A stretch of DNA of 64,000 nucleotides. Origin: Chrysomallon squamiferum (lineage: Eukaryota; Animalia; Mollusca). The notes below the pieces were generated by a model. It had not been told where the DNA came from, searched no databases, and saw nothing but the letters and a program-made list of their open reading frames with translations. The position numbers and the translations under genes were made by a program. The stretch lies in the NCBI GenBank assembly GCA_012295275.1, contig CM022665.1:46624001-46688000 (forward strand), read 5' to 3'. Positions 39,069 to 53,300 of this stretch are shown one piece after another. Every line of letters starts with the position of its first letter. Position 1 is the stretch's first letter.

Positions 39069-41922
39069 CCTTTGGCGAGATGTGAGGTTGTTGTTATTGA
39101 ATGCAGCCGACAGTAAGGCACGCATCAAAACCAGGGTGAGAAATAAACCCCACCCATCACTGGAGGTGGGCCAAAAAAAAAAAAAAAAAAAAAAAAAGTA
39201 ATCTGGCTGTTGTAATGTTCTTCCTGATGAATCAGTCCAGCTGAAAGGGTGGGGTGGGCGTGTGGGGTGTGTGTGTCTGTTTTGATATAAACACAAGGGC
39301 TGCCAGACAATTTTTTGCCAGGGTGGTACAGTTCAACGGGTGTGACTCGTCTGACACCCTGCACACTGAGAAACTACACATACCTGAGTTACACAAGACC
39401 ACACCTACCTTCCTCAACGATGAGGCTTGTAATAAAAAAAGAGAGAAAAAAACACATTAAATATATCCAGAAAACAATATATATATATATATATATATAG
39501 TCACATTTAGTTAGGATTAGTATATAAATAAATCTTATATATATAGATATAAATCTTTTATATATCGATATAAATATAAATCTTATGAATATATAAATAC
39601 ATATATACACACACATACAAACATATATACATAGACTTTTTTTTTTTTTTTTTTTTAAATTGGTTAGTAATTTATTTCAATATGCTACTCCAGGAACAGC
39701 CATATCTAAATAAACTTTTTATGTGTTATGTGATACATCATTTGTTTAAAAACATAATTTTGGTTATATTTATCTTACTCTGGCTTATATGATAAATACA
39801 AGCATATTATGACTGTTATTTATACATCCCTTACTATTACAGTTAAAAAATAATTATATATATATATATATATATATTGGTGTAAGAAATATCATGGACT
39901 GAACATGCATTCTCATGGCTGTATAAATATCTGATGCTTTATTATTTTTTTAATTTACTCTTATTTGTACAAACACATACCAATATTTATTTTGGTCTAA
40001 ATTGCAAACAAAACACAACAAACACAACAAAACGACCCTCTCCCTCAAAATAGCAAAACCAAAAACCCACCAAAACAAATAGACACAAAAAATTAAAACA
40101 AAATTAAAAATTAAAAGCAAATCATAAAAAGAAAAGACCAAACAAAATATTGTAATTTGTTTAACATTTTATTTCACACAGTCATGCATGTTTCTTTATT
40201 TTTTCTCTTTTCATTTTTTTTTGTTGTTGTTTTTAAAAAAAACCACATAAAAAAACAAACAAACAAACTCAAAGGGATGCAATAAAATTCATACATAGAT
40301 ATATATATATATATGTATGTATGTATAATAAAATAAATATTTGTAACTGACAAAAAGCAATGTCTGACAAGTGTGTGGTGTACAATGTCAAAAGCACAGT
40401 TAACTAAATAGAACCCCATACAAAACAATGGTTGCTAGGAAATCAAACTGACATGCCACAAAGCAAAGTACATGTCCAGCTATAGGCTGTTTTGTTGTTT
40501 TTTTTAAATTAAAAAAAGGAGAAATTTTTTTAAAATAATCTGATGAAAAAAAAAAAAATAAAAATAAAAATATTAAAATAAAATAAAGTAAATAAAATAA
40601 ATAAAATAAATAAAATAAAAATAGATTATATATAAATAAACAAAACAAGAAAAAATAAAAAAAAAAAAAATAAAATAAAATAAAATAAAATAAAATAAAA
40701 TAAAATAAAATAAAATAAATACCAAATTACAATTTTACAAATTTTCAGAAAATAAATACATAACCAAAACAAATGAAAACAAATTTCCATTTCAAAATTT
40801 TAAATAAATGAAGAGGGGAAAAAAAAAAAAAAAAAAAAAAAAAAGTTCATAAAAGGCTGGACATCCCAAACTAAATGGTCAACTAAAAATAGCATTTTGA
40901 AATTTCTAAGAAAAAAAAAAAAAAAAAAAAAAAAAAGGCAATGTGCTGTGATCTATGTAAGAACCATTTCAGACAATGTTTTATTTCTGTGTGTGTAAGT
41001 GTGGCTATTAAACAACAAATATTTAAATTTAATTTGTCCTCAAAATCAAAAATAAAATATTTCACATTGTGCAATATGAATGTTTTAAGACCATTGTATA
41101 TTTTATTTTATATAATTAATTAATTAATTTCTTATGAGGTATGAACTATTACACGACATGAATATTTCATTGTAAATTAAATTCCTGGACTTTTCATTTT
41201 GAAGAAATTTCGAAAATTAAAATTATTATTATTTTTGAATTGTTCTTTTCAGAAATAAACAAGAAAGTAAATACAATTTTATATAGATTTAAAATTTTTA
41301 AAAACTTTATTATTGTTATTTAAAAAAAAATAAAAAAATGTGTATTTATGTTTCATAACTGATTACTGTACATGCATGCACCTGTTCGTGGAGAGATGTA
41401 ATTAACACCTGTCAGGTAAAACTGCTTTCATCTGCCGCCATGCATTCTGAACGCACACAAACAACACTTAGCCAGTAACTGAGAGCAGAGAAGGGTGTGG
41501 CTGTGGGGGTGGGGTGGGGTGGGGAGATAACACACATCCACGTGGGTTACAGAAAAACAGTAAAAAAAAAAAACTAGATGCTTACAAGTTCTTTTATTTT
41601 ATGATGATTGTTTGGCTGCTGATTCAAAGTGGTAAGCTGAAAAGAGTAAACCATGTGTATAATGTCACAGGAAACATCAAAACCACATTTTTAGACTCGT
41701 TATGTCAATCAGCAATTGTAATGCAGTTTGAGAGAAATTATTATTATTATTATTAAAGTGCTGAAGATAAAATGTAACAAATTTGTGTCTGTGTGTGTCA
41801 GACACTTTACACCTTGAATGAAATTTAATTTCTTTTTCTTTTTTTTTTCATTGACTCTGAAGAAAAGAAACCTTTCAATCAATTTGTTTGTTGATCGTAA
41901 TTCACTGTTACTAATTAAGTTT

Positions 41923-41953
<31 letters not shown>

Positions 41954-42323
41954 GTAAAATTGGTTTTACATGTAATTAATTACACTGCAGCTGTTATTGG
42001 TTAAACTATTTTGATTACAGTACAGAAATGAAATGAAATTTTAATGAATTTTAAAATTCACTTCTTCCCCGTCACCAACTATTTAAGAAAAAGTGAATGG
42101 AGAAATCCATTTCAGGAAAAATTTTAAAAAAAAAATAAAAAAAAAAAGATCAGATCACCAGAAAAGGTATGGCAAGTAAAAAAAAAAAAAAAAAATACTA
42201 TCAATGTTGGTTTTCACAGATTAGCAAATTATTGTTTTTGATTGAAAAACATATTTTCATATTAAATATTATAATTTTTTCAAAATGTATTTGAATATTT
42301 ACTTGTTCATCTAATAATGCATC

Positions 42324-42355
<32 letters not shown>

Positions 42356-44236
42356 CTTTATTTCATTCATTCATTAATTTTTGTTTTATTATAAATGTAT
42401 TTAAATATGCAATTGTTAAAAGATTGGTGTATTTAATTTCTAAACTGTATTGTAAAAAGACTGTTTTCAAAATACAGGTTTCTGTCACAATAATTTAAAC
42501 ATGATTTGTGCTTAGAAACAATACTTTAGAGAAAGTTGATCAAAAAATCACAACACAGAATAAAATTTAATAATAATAATAACAATAATAATATATATAT
42601 ATAATATTTCATAAGCACAATTAAGAAATGTGTAAAAAAAAAAAAACGAAAAAAAAGTGAAAACCATCCACAATTATTATGCAAAAAATAAAAGTAGCAT
42701 TTTAATTTCAATTTGAACAAAAAAAAAAAAAAAAAATAAAAAAAATAAAATAAAAAAAAAAAAATAAATAAAAATAATAATTTAACAAAATAATAATATT
42801 AATGAAGATTAATACCTTTTTCAAAACTTACAATGCATCCTACAAAACAAAACAACAACAAACAAAAAAATAAATTGGTTCTAATTCAGCTCAAGTATTT
42901 CAGATATTTTGTTCAACTTTTTTTTTTATCAAAAAAAGACTTGTATTTGCAATGTATTTAAATTTGTGCTCTGTGTAAATAATCTAAAACTGTCTTTATT
43001 CAAGTATCTGATAGTAGTGAGGTCTAACTATCTTAGAAAACAAGCACTGTATATGTCTTTTTTTTTTTTCAACCAGTTCAAAGTCCATATTGCAAACAGT
43101 CACCATTCTAACAACAATAGATTTTTTTTCGTTATTTAAAATTTTAAACATTATTTCACAATTAAAAGAAGAAAAAGGTTTACATTCTTATAAACATTCA
43201 GAAGTGCAGTTTTGGCTCTCGTTGTATGGAAACTTGTTCATTTTGTTTTAGCTTCAGATTTGTTAACCATAGTGAAACATGTTATTTTGGTTTTAGCTTC
43301 TGACGATTTGGTCACCTACTTCATTACATTTATTTAGTTTTAGCTTCAAATGATTTGGTCATTGTACAAAACATGGTTCATTTTGTTTTAGTTCCAGACG
43401 ATTAAGTCGTTTTAATTTATCTTTAGATTAATCTGATATATAGCTACTTTTGATTGACTTATGTATCAGCTACTTTTGTTTGTTATTTTTGGGTTGTCTT
43501 TTTTTTTTGCTGTATTTCTTATAAAAAGAAAATATCCTAACTAACTAGATTGTTGCATGGAGCAGTCACTTCTAAAGGCAATAAAAACTGTTAAAGTTTG
43601 TTCATAGTCAACTATCAAAAAGCAGTCACACTATCTACTGAGTTTTGTCTTCTGCGATACAAAATAGCACAGTCAGTACTTTCATTTTTGTTTTTGTATA
43701 TATAAAAAAAAAACATATTGTTTTTATTTAGCCAGATATATTCTATGAGTTAATTGTGTTGTTTCTAAAAAAAAAAAATTAAAAGGAAAAAACAAACAAA
43801 CAACAACAACATTGTAAAAGTGTGCACAAATGATATGATGAAGACGAAGCCCCTCTACCAGATAACAAAAACATAAAGTTCACCAGAAAATAAAAACAAA
43901 ATGTCCACCATGTCGAACTGAATCACAGACAGAAGCTTACAGAGGTACATCAACCAAAATATTGTGAAATTTTGAAAAACAGGTGTTCATTCTGTTCAGT
44001 TTTAATTTTTGTGACATTTTGTCTTGGAGAATTTTAAAAAATATATATATACATTGTTTTTTCTCCATATATACATTTTTTTTTTTTTTTTTCTTCTATA
44101 ATGTAAAATAGCACAAACAGTTTTTGTTTAAAAAAACATTCACTGATTTGAAAACTGTTCAATATTTTGTTGCATTTTTAAAATTTTTTTTTATTTTTTG
44201 TACCACTTAACAGTTCAGTAAGTTAAACTTAACAGA

Positions 44237-44267
<31 letters not shown>

Positions 44268-44559
44268 TAATTAAAAAAACAACGAAACTGGAAACAAAAA
44301 TTCAAAACAAAATACACAGTCAGTAAATGAACAGAGTTTTTAAAAAACGATAAATAAATAAATAATAATAATAAAATAAAATAACAAAAATATTAAACGT
44401 GCTGTATTCAATGTTCTTTTTAAACGACACTTTCTCCGAAAGCAGACAGTGAAGAAAAAAACTTGGGGGTGGGAATTGCACGACTGGATGAGTGATGATA
44501 GATGACGGAGGTGGGTGTAGACACACACACACACACACACACAGACGAACGCACGCACG

Positions 44560-46597
44560 CTAAGATACCTGGATGATCTCATGACTGCCGTGCAGTGAGC
44601 TGTGACTGCCACTGGAGGAGATGCTGCTGTTGGACTGGTAGGGGTCGGACGAGCGACACTGTGACATGTGCTCGAACGGCGATGCGAAGCGGTCCACAAC
44701 GAGGCCGCAGCGCGCCGGCACGTTGCCGAACACGATGCAGTCGCTCGACATCATCGCGGCATGGTCGGAGCCAAGGATGTCGTCGAGGCTGCGCGCCTTG
44801 CGCGACTCCTCGTAGGCCCTGGTCCTCAGCATGGCGCTCTCCATCGCCGCGGTGATCTGCTTGTAGACCTCCCGCTCCGAGTAGCGCCCCCACCGGAACC
44901 GCTTCCCCGACTCCCCCTCCTCCCCCTCTGCGTCCTCCCCCTCCCCCGGGTGGGTCTGCTTCGACTTCTTGCTGCTGCACGACATGTAAGCTTCGGAGGA
45001 GTCGTCCTGGGAGATGCTGCCCGAATCGGAGGAGCGGTGCGCCTCGGCGCCGAGGTCGAAGCTCGGGTACGTGGAGAAAGCAATACTGTTTGGTCTGATG
45101 ATCGGCCGCTTGGCCTTGTTCTCCCGCGAGCGCAACTTCACCTTTCGCGGTGGACGCCGTTGGGGACTGAACACCAGAAACACTGCAGCTACCACTGCTG
45201 CTGCTGCTGCTGCTGCTGCCAATTGACATGGGGCTCGGCTGGTCCAATGGTTTGGTTTCTGAGATGGGAGAGCTGAGTGGGCGAGCTATGGACTCGTACT
45301 TCTTGCGTCGTGGCGGCACAACGACGACAACGCCGTTTGTCTTGATGGGGGAGGCGATGACGGACATCGTGGTGCTGCCGTACGAACTGACGCTGCTGAC
45401 AGACATGGGGGACACGGGGTCGGGGACGATGCCTGAGTCTGACGAGGCGGAGCTCGTGGACAGCCTGGCGCTCTGCGACCTGGGCCAGACGGGACTCTCG
45501 TCGCTGGCCAGGCAGGGGGTGAAGTTGAGTTTGTCGAGGGAGGTGCACGGGAAGTTCAGCAGCTCCGAGTGCTTCTCAGCCCCAGGGGACTGTCTCCTGC
45601 ACTCAGCTGGGAGTTTCTTTTTAGCACTGGAGCTGTCGGAGTCCAGCCTCTGTCTGTCAGAGTCGCTGGGCAACGCTCTGGGGTGTTTGTCGACACAGTG
45701 CAAGGAACTGGACACAGCGCCGGAACTGTCCATCTGGTGGAAGTTGAGCTTCGCCATGGCTGACGTTGGTGAGGACAGAGGAAACGTTGCTGTCGGCACC
45801 TCGAGCTCTCTGCTGCTGCTGCTGCTTCTGTGCGACTTGGCTTTCTCCAACCCGTTTGATATGCTCCGCGACGCCGCCTGATATCTGTTTGGCGACGCTG
45901 CTGACGATGACGATGATGGTGGTAATTGCACTGTTTGTTGCTCTGGTGGCGACGGTGATAAGTTCAAGGAGAAGTTGTGTTTGAGAGTTTTTGTTTCCAG
46001 TGTGAATGTTTTGCACTCTGGCTGCCAGAGGTCACTTTTTGCTGTCCTAGTTTCTAGATATGGTACTTTGGCTGTGAGGAAGTCTGCTGGGAGCTCCAGG
46101 CGCTCGTCCATGGGCGGCACACTGAGAGTGTCCCCACCCACGGGCCTCTCGGGCGGGTCTTTACCCCGCCCTTTCTTTTCCTTCACCTCCTCCTTCACGA
46201 ACTGAACCGACTCACTTTTCACATCCACACACATCACAGAAACTGCAGCGTCGTCGTCGTCGTCAACGACATCATCATCACAGGGAACCTTGTCCGTCCG
46301 TGTTGCCCTGGTGACAGCCTGCGAACCGCCGTTGGTCGTCCATTCCTTGCTCCGCATTCGCTTGGCCCTGTCCAAGCCCTGGCTGACGTGGGTGACCGGC
46401 CGGGTGAATGGCTTGGTGCTGGGTGATGGGGACTGCACAGCTGCAGGTCCATGACGTAGGGCTTTGGGCGTCGAGCCTTGTCCCTGCTGGAGAAGCTGAT
46501 GTTCTCGTTCTCCGCCTTCAGCTGCTTCTCGAACTCCAGGAGCTGACCAAGAAAGTTGAAATTTGGTGATATTGTCGGCCGTTTTTCTTTAACGTAC
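44560..46597 (-). CDS. DUSP16: DUSP terminal exon: end of catalytic domain and long Ser/Pro-rich tail, with two compensating 1-nt frameshifts (near 46430 and near 45144)
   Basis: tttgcag|G TAC GTT; ORFs 46234-46617, 44579-46438 and 44560-45222 join. Total length 2038 nt fits the phase; ends HEIIQVS*. Confidence 0.88.
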
Positions 46598-47345
46598 CTG
46601 CAAAAAAAAGACCACAACTATGTTAACTATGATAAAATTCCTTTACAGAATTTATGGGAATTAGTCATAAAAAAAAAGAAGAAAAACATGCATTATTAAG
46701 GCTGGTCACATAGTTTGGGTTCTTGTTGTTGCTTGTGTGGTGTCAAGTTGCAGACTGTATTAAATCTATGCTAGAGGTAATGACAACAATGAATTATTGA
46801 TGTATTGTCTGCTGAATGAATATTCTAGTCTCATTGACGGTTTATAAGGTAACACCTATGTTCCTAGTTTGTGGACAATTACGGTATCTTCTGGATCTTT
46901 CCTTTAGAGAATTTACCTGGGATAAACAACACCTATTGCCAGAGCTAAAATATGTATATATATATTTTTTAACCCATCATGTTTTTAACTGTAGTTGTTT
47001 ATTTTAAACCACACAGATGTGTTCATAGAGAAATTTTAAGCAGTGTTAAAATTTGTTGTAATTACCAATACATCTGTTATTGCTCAAATAAGAAAGGGTA
47101 TGTATGCATGTAATCACATATATATATTTATTATAAATGCATATGCATTATAAACATTATAAACAGACACACACAAATACATTATAAATGCATACATTAT
47201 AAATATTATAAACACAAAAACACACACACACATATACTGTTCAAATAAGAAAAAGGTATGTAAATACATTTATATATTACATATTCTATTCAAATACATA
47301 TTCTGTTCAAAATATATATATATATTCATTTTCAAATAAGAAAAG

Positions 47346-47385
<40 letters not shown>

Positions 47386-50300
47386 CTTTTCTTATTTGAA
47401 CATTATATGTATATGTTTTTGGCCTTTTATATACATATATACATATATATATTATTCATGGTTGCTATTTGTTTATAGATCTGATTTGAATTAAAAAAAA
47501 AGACAGCCACCCATTCATGTTTGACATGAATCAACACACAGACACTGTATTTCTGTAGCACACATATCCTGTTGTAACCGGCCAAACAGAAAATACAGTT
47601 TCTTTGTGATGTTTGCTTAGCTCAGCCAGCCATGCTGTGTTGCAGTAGGCTACTGAATCAATAGTGACAGGGCTTAAGAAAACATATGATCTCAGACATG
47701 AGGGTATTAACCAGCATTAAGTATGTGAAAAAAAATTATTAATCTGAAAAGCTTTGTGTATTAAACAATTATTATTATGGTTATTATTATTAATATAATT
47801 ATTATTATTATTGTTATTATTGTTATTGTTATTATTTATTATTTATTTTTTTAATGTATTTAAATATTAAAGATTTAATCATTTAGGTATGAAGGCAAAA
47901 CCTTTTTTTTTTTTTTTTTTAAATAAAGAAAAGAAAAGAAGAATTGACATAAAAACATACATACACACAAAAGAATATTAATCTGAAGATCTGAGTTAAA
48001 AAAAATTTAAATAGTGGTAGTAACAACAACAACAACAAATAAATAAATATATAAATAAAAACTATTAATTTATACAAATGTATCTGTCACTATTATGATA
48101 TATACTTGTGTTAAAAAAAAAAGAGAGAAGAAACTAAAGGGCATGATACTTGTATTGTAATAAAAAAAAAAATTAAATAATAATAAAAATAAAAATTAAA
48201 TATGTTGGTGCATGTACTGCAGAAGAAAAATGTCGTTAATCTTCCATGTGACTGAATAACTAGCCAGAGGCCCTGAACAACAACAAAGACAAAATTTAAA
48301 AAAAAAAATAAAAATAAAAATAAAAATATGTAAATTGACAGGGTGACTCACTCATCATCAACTGCATGTGTATACATGTATCTACATTGTCATGACAACG
48401 GCCTCATGTATGTATGTAAACACACACACCCCCACACACACACACACACACACTGACTGTAGCTTGAGTGTTTAGACAAGAAAATGGGGAACAGATATAA
48501 ATAATATTAATGTAACACAGACACACAAACAGATAATGACAGTCACTCAACGGGTCAGTGAGATTATTGATTGCAGTTTTTCCATAATAAAGCATTTCAC
48601 ACCCAAACCCAGCTTGTAAGGCTGTAAATAAGAGAGAGAGAGAGAGGAGACGACGTTATAGGCAGATCAGCTCGAGGTTGATCAGCAACAATGCTTGTTT
48701 ACAATTGTAAACACGGCTGCGATTGGCTGAGCTGGCTTGGTAATCCACTTGTTGTGGAATCCTGCCTGATAAGTGAGGCTGGCAGCTAGCGAGTACACAC
48801 ACACCCAGAACTGCACAGTTTTTGTCAGGTAAGGCTTCGTTACGCACCGCACTGACCACCGAGGGTAAATATAAACTATTTTATTTCACAATCCGCGATG
48901 TGATTATCTTGTTACGCAAGTAACGCAGATTTTTTTTTTTTCGCAGCTTTCGTTACTTTTTAGTTTTTTTGTATTTGTATTATGCTGCCGCATGTTTGTC
49001 GAACCTCGGCTTCCCTAACAACGATATCAACAACAGATGTTGTTGTCACCACCTTTGTGTTGCGCGATTCTGCTGTATGCTTTTGTGTTTGGTGACAGGA
49101 GAAAAAAGTATTGTTCCTGATGTTTTTATGCGTATATATTTTCACTGAATGAAAGCCAGTTTATATTTCAGAAAGATGGCTGAGGTGTAACTGAGATGTA
49201 TGTATAACTCACCCACAGAATACTGTGTGTGTGGGTGTGGGTGTTTGCAAATACCACATCCATTGCTCATAATTGCTTACAGTTTGCGTTTATATCAACA
49301 GTAATATATACACTGTGTAAATACATAATTGTTTATGAGCAGCAATCTGTGTGCTGTGCTAGCACCTAATTACACACACAAGTGTATAATGTGTGGGTTA
49401 CATAAAGAGTGGACATAAACCAGGAATTAATTAACAGCCAACACTCTGCAGTTGGTTTTTTTTTTCTTTCTTTGCCGCCTACTTAACAAATGTTAGCCCG
49501 ACATTTTGTTATTCACCACTCATAAACTCTGCAGGAAAAAAGCTGGTATCTTGAAAACAAGTTGCCAGTTATTCCTCCCTGTTTATCCCTTAATCACTGA
49601 CTGTAATAAGATATGACAACTAGATCAACTTCCATATTTATCTGGCACTAACCACCAATATGGTTTTTATTTGCTGCAACTTGGCATCGAAACCAAACCT
49701 CGACAGCCGGATAAAACCGATATCTTTCACTCAGTGTGAGTTTCTGCTGTTTATTTAACGAAAGTTAGCCGGACATTTTGTTTATTGATCTGGTTATGCA
49801 TCACAATTAACGAAATTTTCATTCCTAATCACACAATATAGCTGGTGCATTCATCCTCTTAGCTAATGAGATTTCGATCAAGTTTTTTTTTTTTTTAGCA
49901 AGGGCCGAACAGAGAAATGGAGAGAAGAGAATAAATTAGTGTTCATGAGTAAACAAAGTGGCTTGCTCCAGATGCATGCTAATGACTGATGTTAAATATT
50001 TCATGAAGAGAGAGATTTCTACAGAGCTCTGTCTCTCTCTCTCTCTGTCACTGCTGCCTGGTTATTTACTTGTATTTCTCTGTGCGAAACACAGCATGTG
50101 ATTTCATACTTCTAACAGAATTCTAGATGGGAAATCAATAAACCAATAAATCAATAAATAAATAATAAGAAGAGAGGGAAAAAAAAACCAATCAAAGCAA
50201 TTTTAATGATGATGGGAATAATAAATACATAATAATAATGGAAAATACATTTCTGTAACTGTTACTACTAATATCAATAAATAATAAATAATAAATAATA

Positions 50301-53300
50301 ACAAGAATAACAAGAATAACAAGAATGAAGAATAATGTTAGTGATAATGATATTAGAAACATAATAAAATTAAAAATAATAAAAATGATGATGAAAACAA
50401 CAGCAACAACAACAACAACATTAGAAATATCACACAATGTTCAAATAATAATTAATTTTTAAACTGTTGTACTGCATTTTAAAAATCATGTTATTTTATA
50501 TTGTTAATACATTATTTTACTCATTATTAATACCAATTTATTAAATTTTTTATACTTTTTTTTAATTCTACAAATTTAACTCATCACTTTGTTATGATTA
50601 TTATTATTATTATTAAATATATTTCCAAGTTTCATCATTGCCTGTCTGTATCATTATTTGTCAGTAATCATAAAGTTTTCACTGTTTTCAAAATGTAAAT
50701 TATTTTTTTTAAATTTCACATTTGTCTATTTTTGTAATCCTTTGCTATTCACTTATCAGTGGCAATAAACTGTCCTGAATTGCTCCTTGACTCAACATTC
50801 TTTCCTTTACTTATCAAGTTTCGACAAGTCTAAAAAGCAATTAAGAACAAATAAAGAAACTGTTCTAAATTTCGCTAGTGACCGAACTCATACGCTGGCT
50901 GCCTAAGACATTTCAACGACTCTCCAAGTATCTAGTAATGTTAACACAGGGATTGCTTTTATCTACTTTCACTAGGAACATTCTTTTTTTTTTTTTTTTT
51001 TTTACCCCTTTCTGAAGGTTAAATCTCATTTCATATATATCACAGTCAGTGGCATAGGTGTGTGGATATTAAGTGTCGATATATATATACGTGGTAGCTA
51101 GGTTTTTCAGTTCGTTTTTTTTCTTTATAAATGGGCACATGGCTAACATAATTGGTGTTAATGTATACGTGTATGGGCAGGCTGCATTTTTGTGGTGAAT
51201 ACACAATACACGCCATGCAAGTTGTCTGAATATTAATACTCCAGAGATCTGTGCTTTTTTATTTTTTTTTTTATAATTAAAAGGTGTGAATAACAATAAC
51301 AAATAAATTATGCACAATGATAATAATAATAATAAAATAAATAAATAATATAATAAAATAAGTAGTACTATCACTATTGGTGATGCTGTACTAAATTATC
51401 TACATCAGCAATCATACCATAAATATATATATATATATATATATATAAAGTAAAAATTAAAACAAAATTTCTACAAGATCATTTTGGGAATAATCATACA
51501 ATTAAAAAAAAAAAAAAAAAAAATAATAAGATATAAAAAAATCTAAATATTTCAAAAATATTTTTAAAAATTAAAGAGTAACTGAAAAAAAAAAAAAAAA
51601 ATCCTACAAAAAAATTTAGATTAGAATATACTAAAATCTATTTTAAGTCTGTTTATATTATTATTTTTATTTTTTTTTTTTTTTTAAACCCAGAGTTTAA
51701 ACTCGTCACCTGCAAATATGGCTAACTTTGATGCCCAGTTTGATGCCTTCTGCAATTTCGGCGTTTCCGGGGGAACCAAGAAGGCTATCACTGACAAAAA
51801 TGTCACCAAGATGTTCAAGGACTGCAAGCTGTACGGCAAGAGTCTGACCACCACAGACACTGACATTGCCTTCAACAAGTACAAAACCAAGGGAAGCAAG
51901 TACGTAAACACCTCCATCAACTCTCCTGTTGTTTTCTTTTTACGGTTCAGTCTGTTTGTTTAGTTCTGTGTTAGTCAGTTTGGACTAGTGTTTAATTTCA
52001 AAAAAAAAAAAAATCTGTCTTGTTGACGAATTGCAGAAATATTGTAAGCCATTTATGGTGACAATGATGATGATAATGATTATAATAATGATGATGATGA
52101 TGATGATGATGATAATGATGATAATAATGATGATGATGATAATGATGATGATAATGACAGTAATCAACATCTTGATCGTAAATGTTTTTTTTTTGTAGTT
52201 TTTTTGTAACACTTGCTTTTATTACAAGCAGTTAAGATCAAGCGCTGTAAGTTTTATGTTTGAAATTTGCAGAGAAATGACCAAGGATCAGTTCCACGCG
52301 ATGCTGAAAGAGGTGGCAGCCAAGTACCAGAAAGACCACAAGCTGAGCAGTGCCGACGAAGCCTACGATAAGATGCTGGAAGCCATCAGCAGCAACGGAC
52401 CAGCCATGCACGGTACAACGGTACGCATCAGTAACACGTCACGTGAACAGCGTGATAGCAAGTCATTAATTAGTCGTTGGACAGTCATTAATTAGTCATA
52501 ACAAGTCATTAATTAGTCATAGCAAGTCATTAATTAGTCATTGGTCAGTCATTAATTAGTCATAGCAAGTCATTAATTAGTCGTTGGACAGTCATTAATT
52601 AGTCATAGCAAGTCATTAATTAGTCATTGGACAGTCATTAATTAGTCATAGCAAGTCATTAATTAGTCACTGGACAGTCATGACCAGTGACTGAGACATC
52701 TGAATACCAAAGTTAATATGAGTGTGACACAGAGTCACTAGTTAGTCATGATAAAATCACATCTGGCAAGAGACTAAACCATTAAACTGCTAGGAGCTAG
52801 GGGAAAACGTGAATATAAAAACTGAATTGGTAACCCAGTCACTGCAGAACAACAACCTTGTCTCAACACACAACAAGTTATCAATAATAACTCACCACCA
52901 AAAGTGCCATACTGTTAATGTGAACATCACTGAACATCATCATCATCATCATAATAACAACAACAACCAATAGTTTGCTAATTTTCCCCTTTTTTTCAGT
53001 GTTTAAGATTTTTTTTAATTTTTTTTTTTTTTACGCTACCTTGTGGTTGTTTTTTTGGTGGGGTTTTTTGTTTTGTATTTTTATAATGAGGAATTGCAAC
53101 TTTACTTTCAGGGCCAGAGCAAAACCGGTGGAGTGGAAAGGATGACTGACACCAGCAAGTACACCGGCTCTCACAAAGAGAGGTTTGACGAGAGCGGCAA
53201 AGGCAAAGGCTTGGAGGGTCGCGTTGATGCAGCCAACACGACAGGCTACGTCGGCAATTACAAAGGAGAAGGATCCTACGATAAGAAGCATTGAACATTT

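Noticed and set aside
44595-46205. Long plus-strand ORFs (202 aa, 217 aa) opposite the DUSP last exon
   Set aside because: Antisense shadows of a GC3-rich CDS; no recognisable domain or splice structure.
50865-50940. Possible tRNA/SINE fragment
   Set aside because: Only a weak B-box-like match; no cloverleaf.
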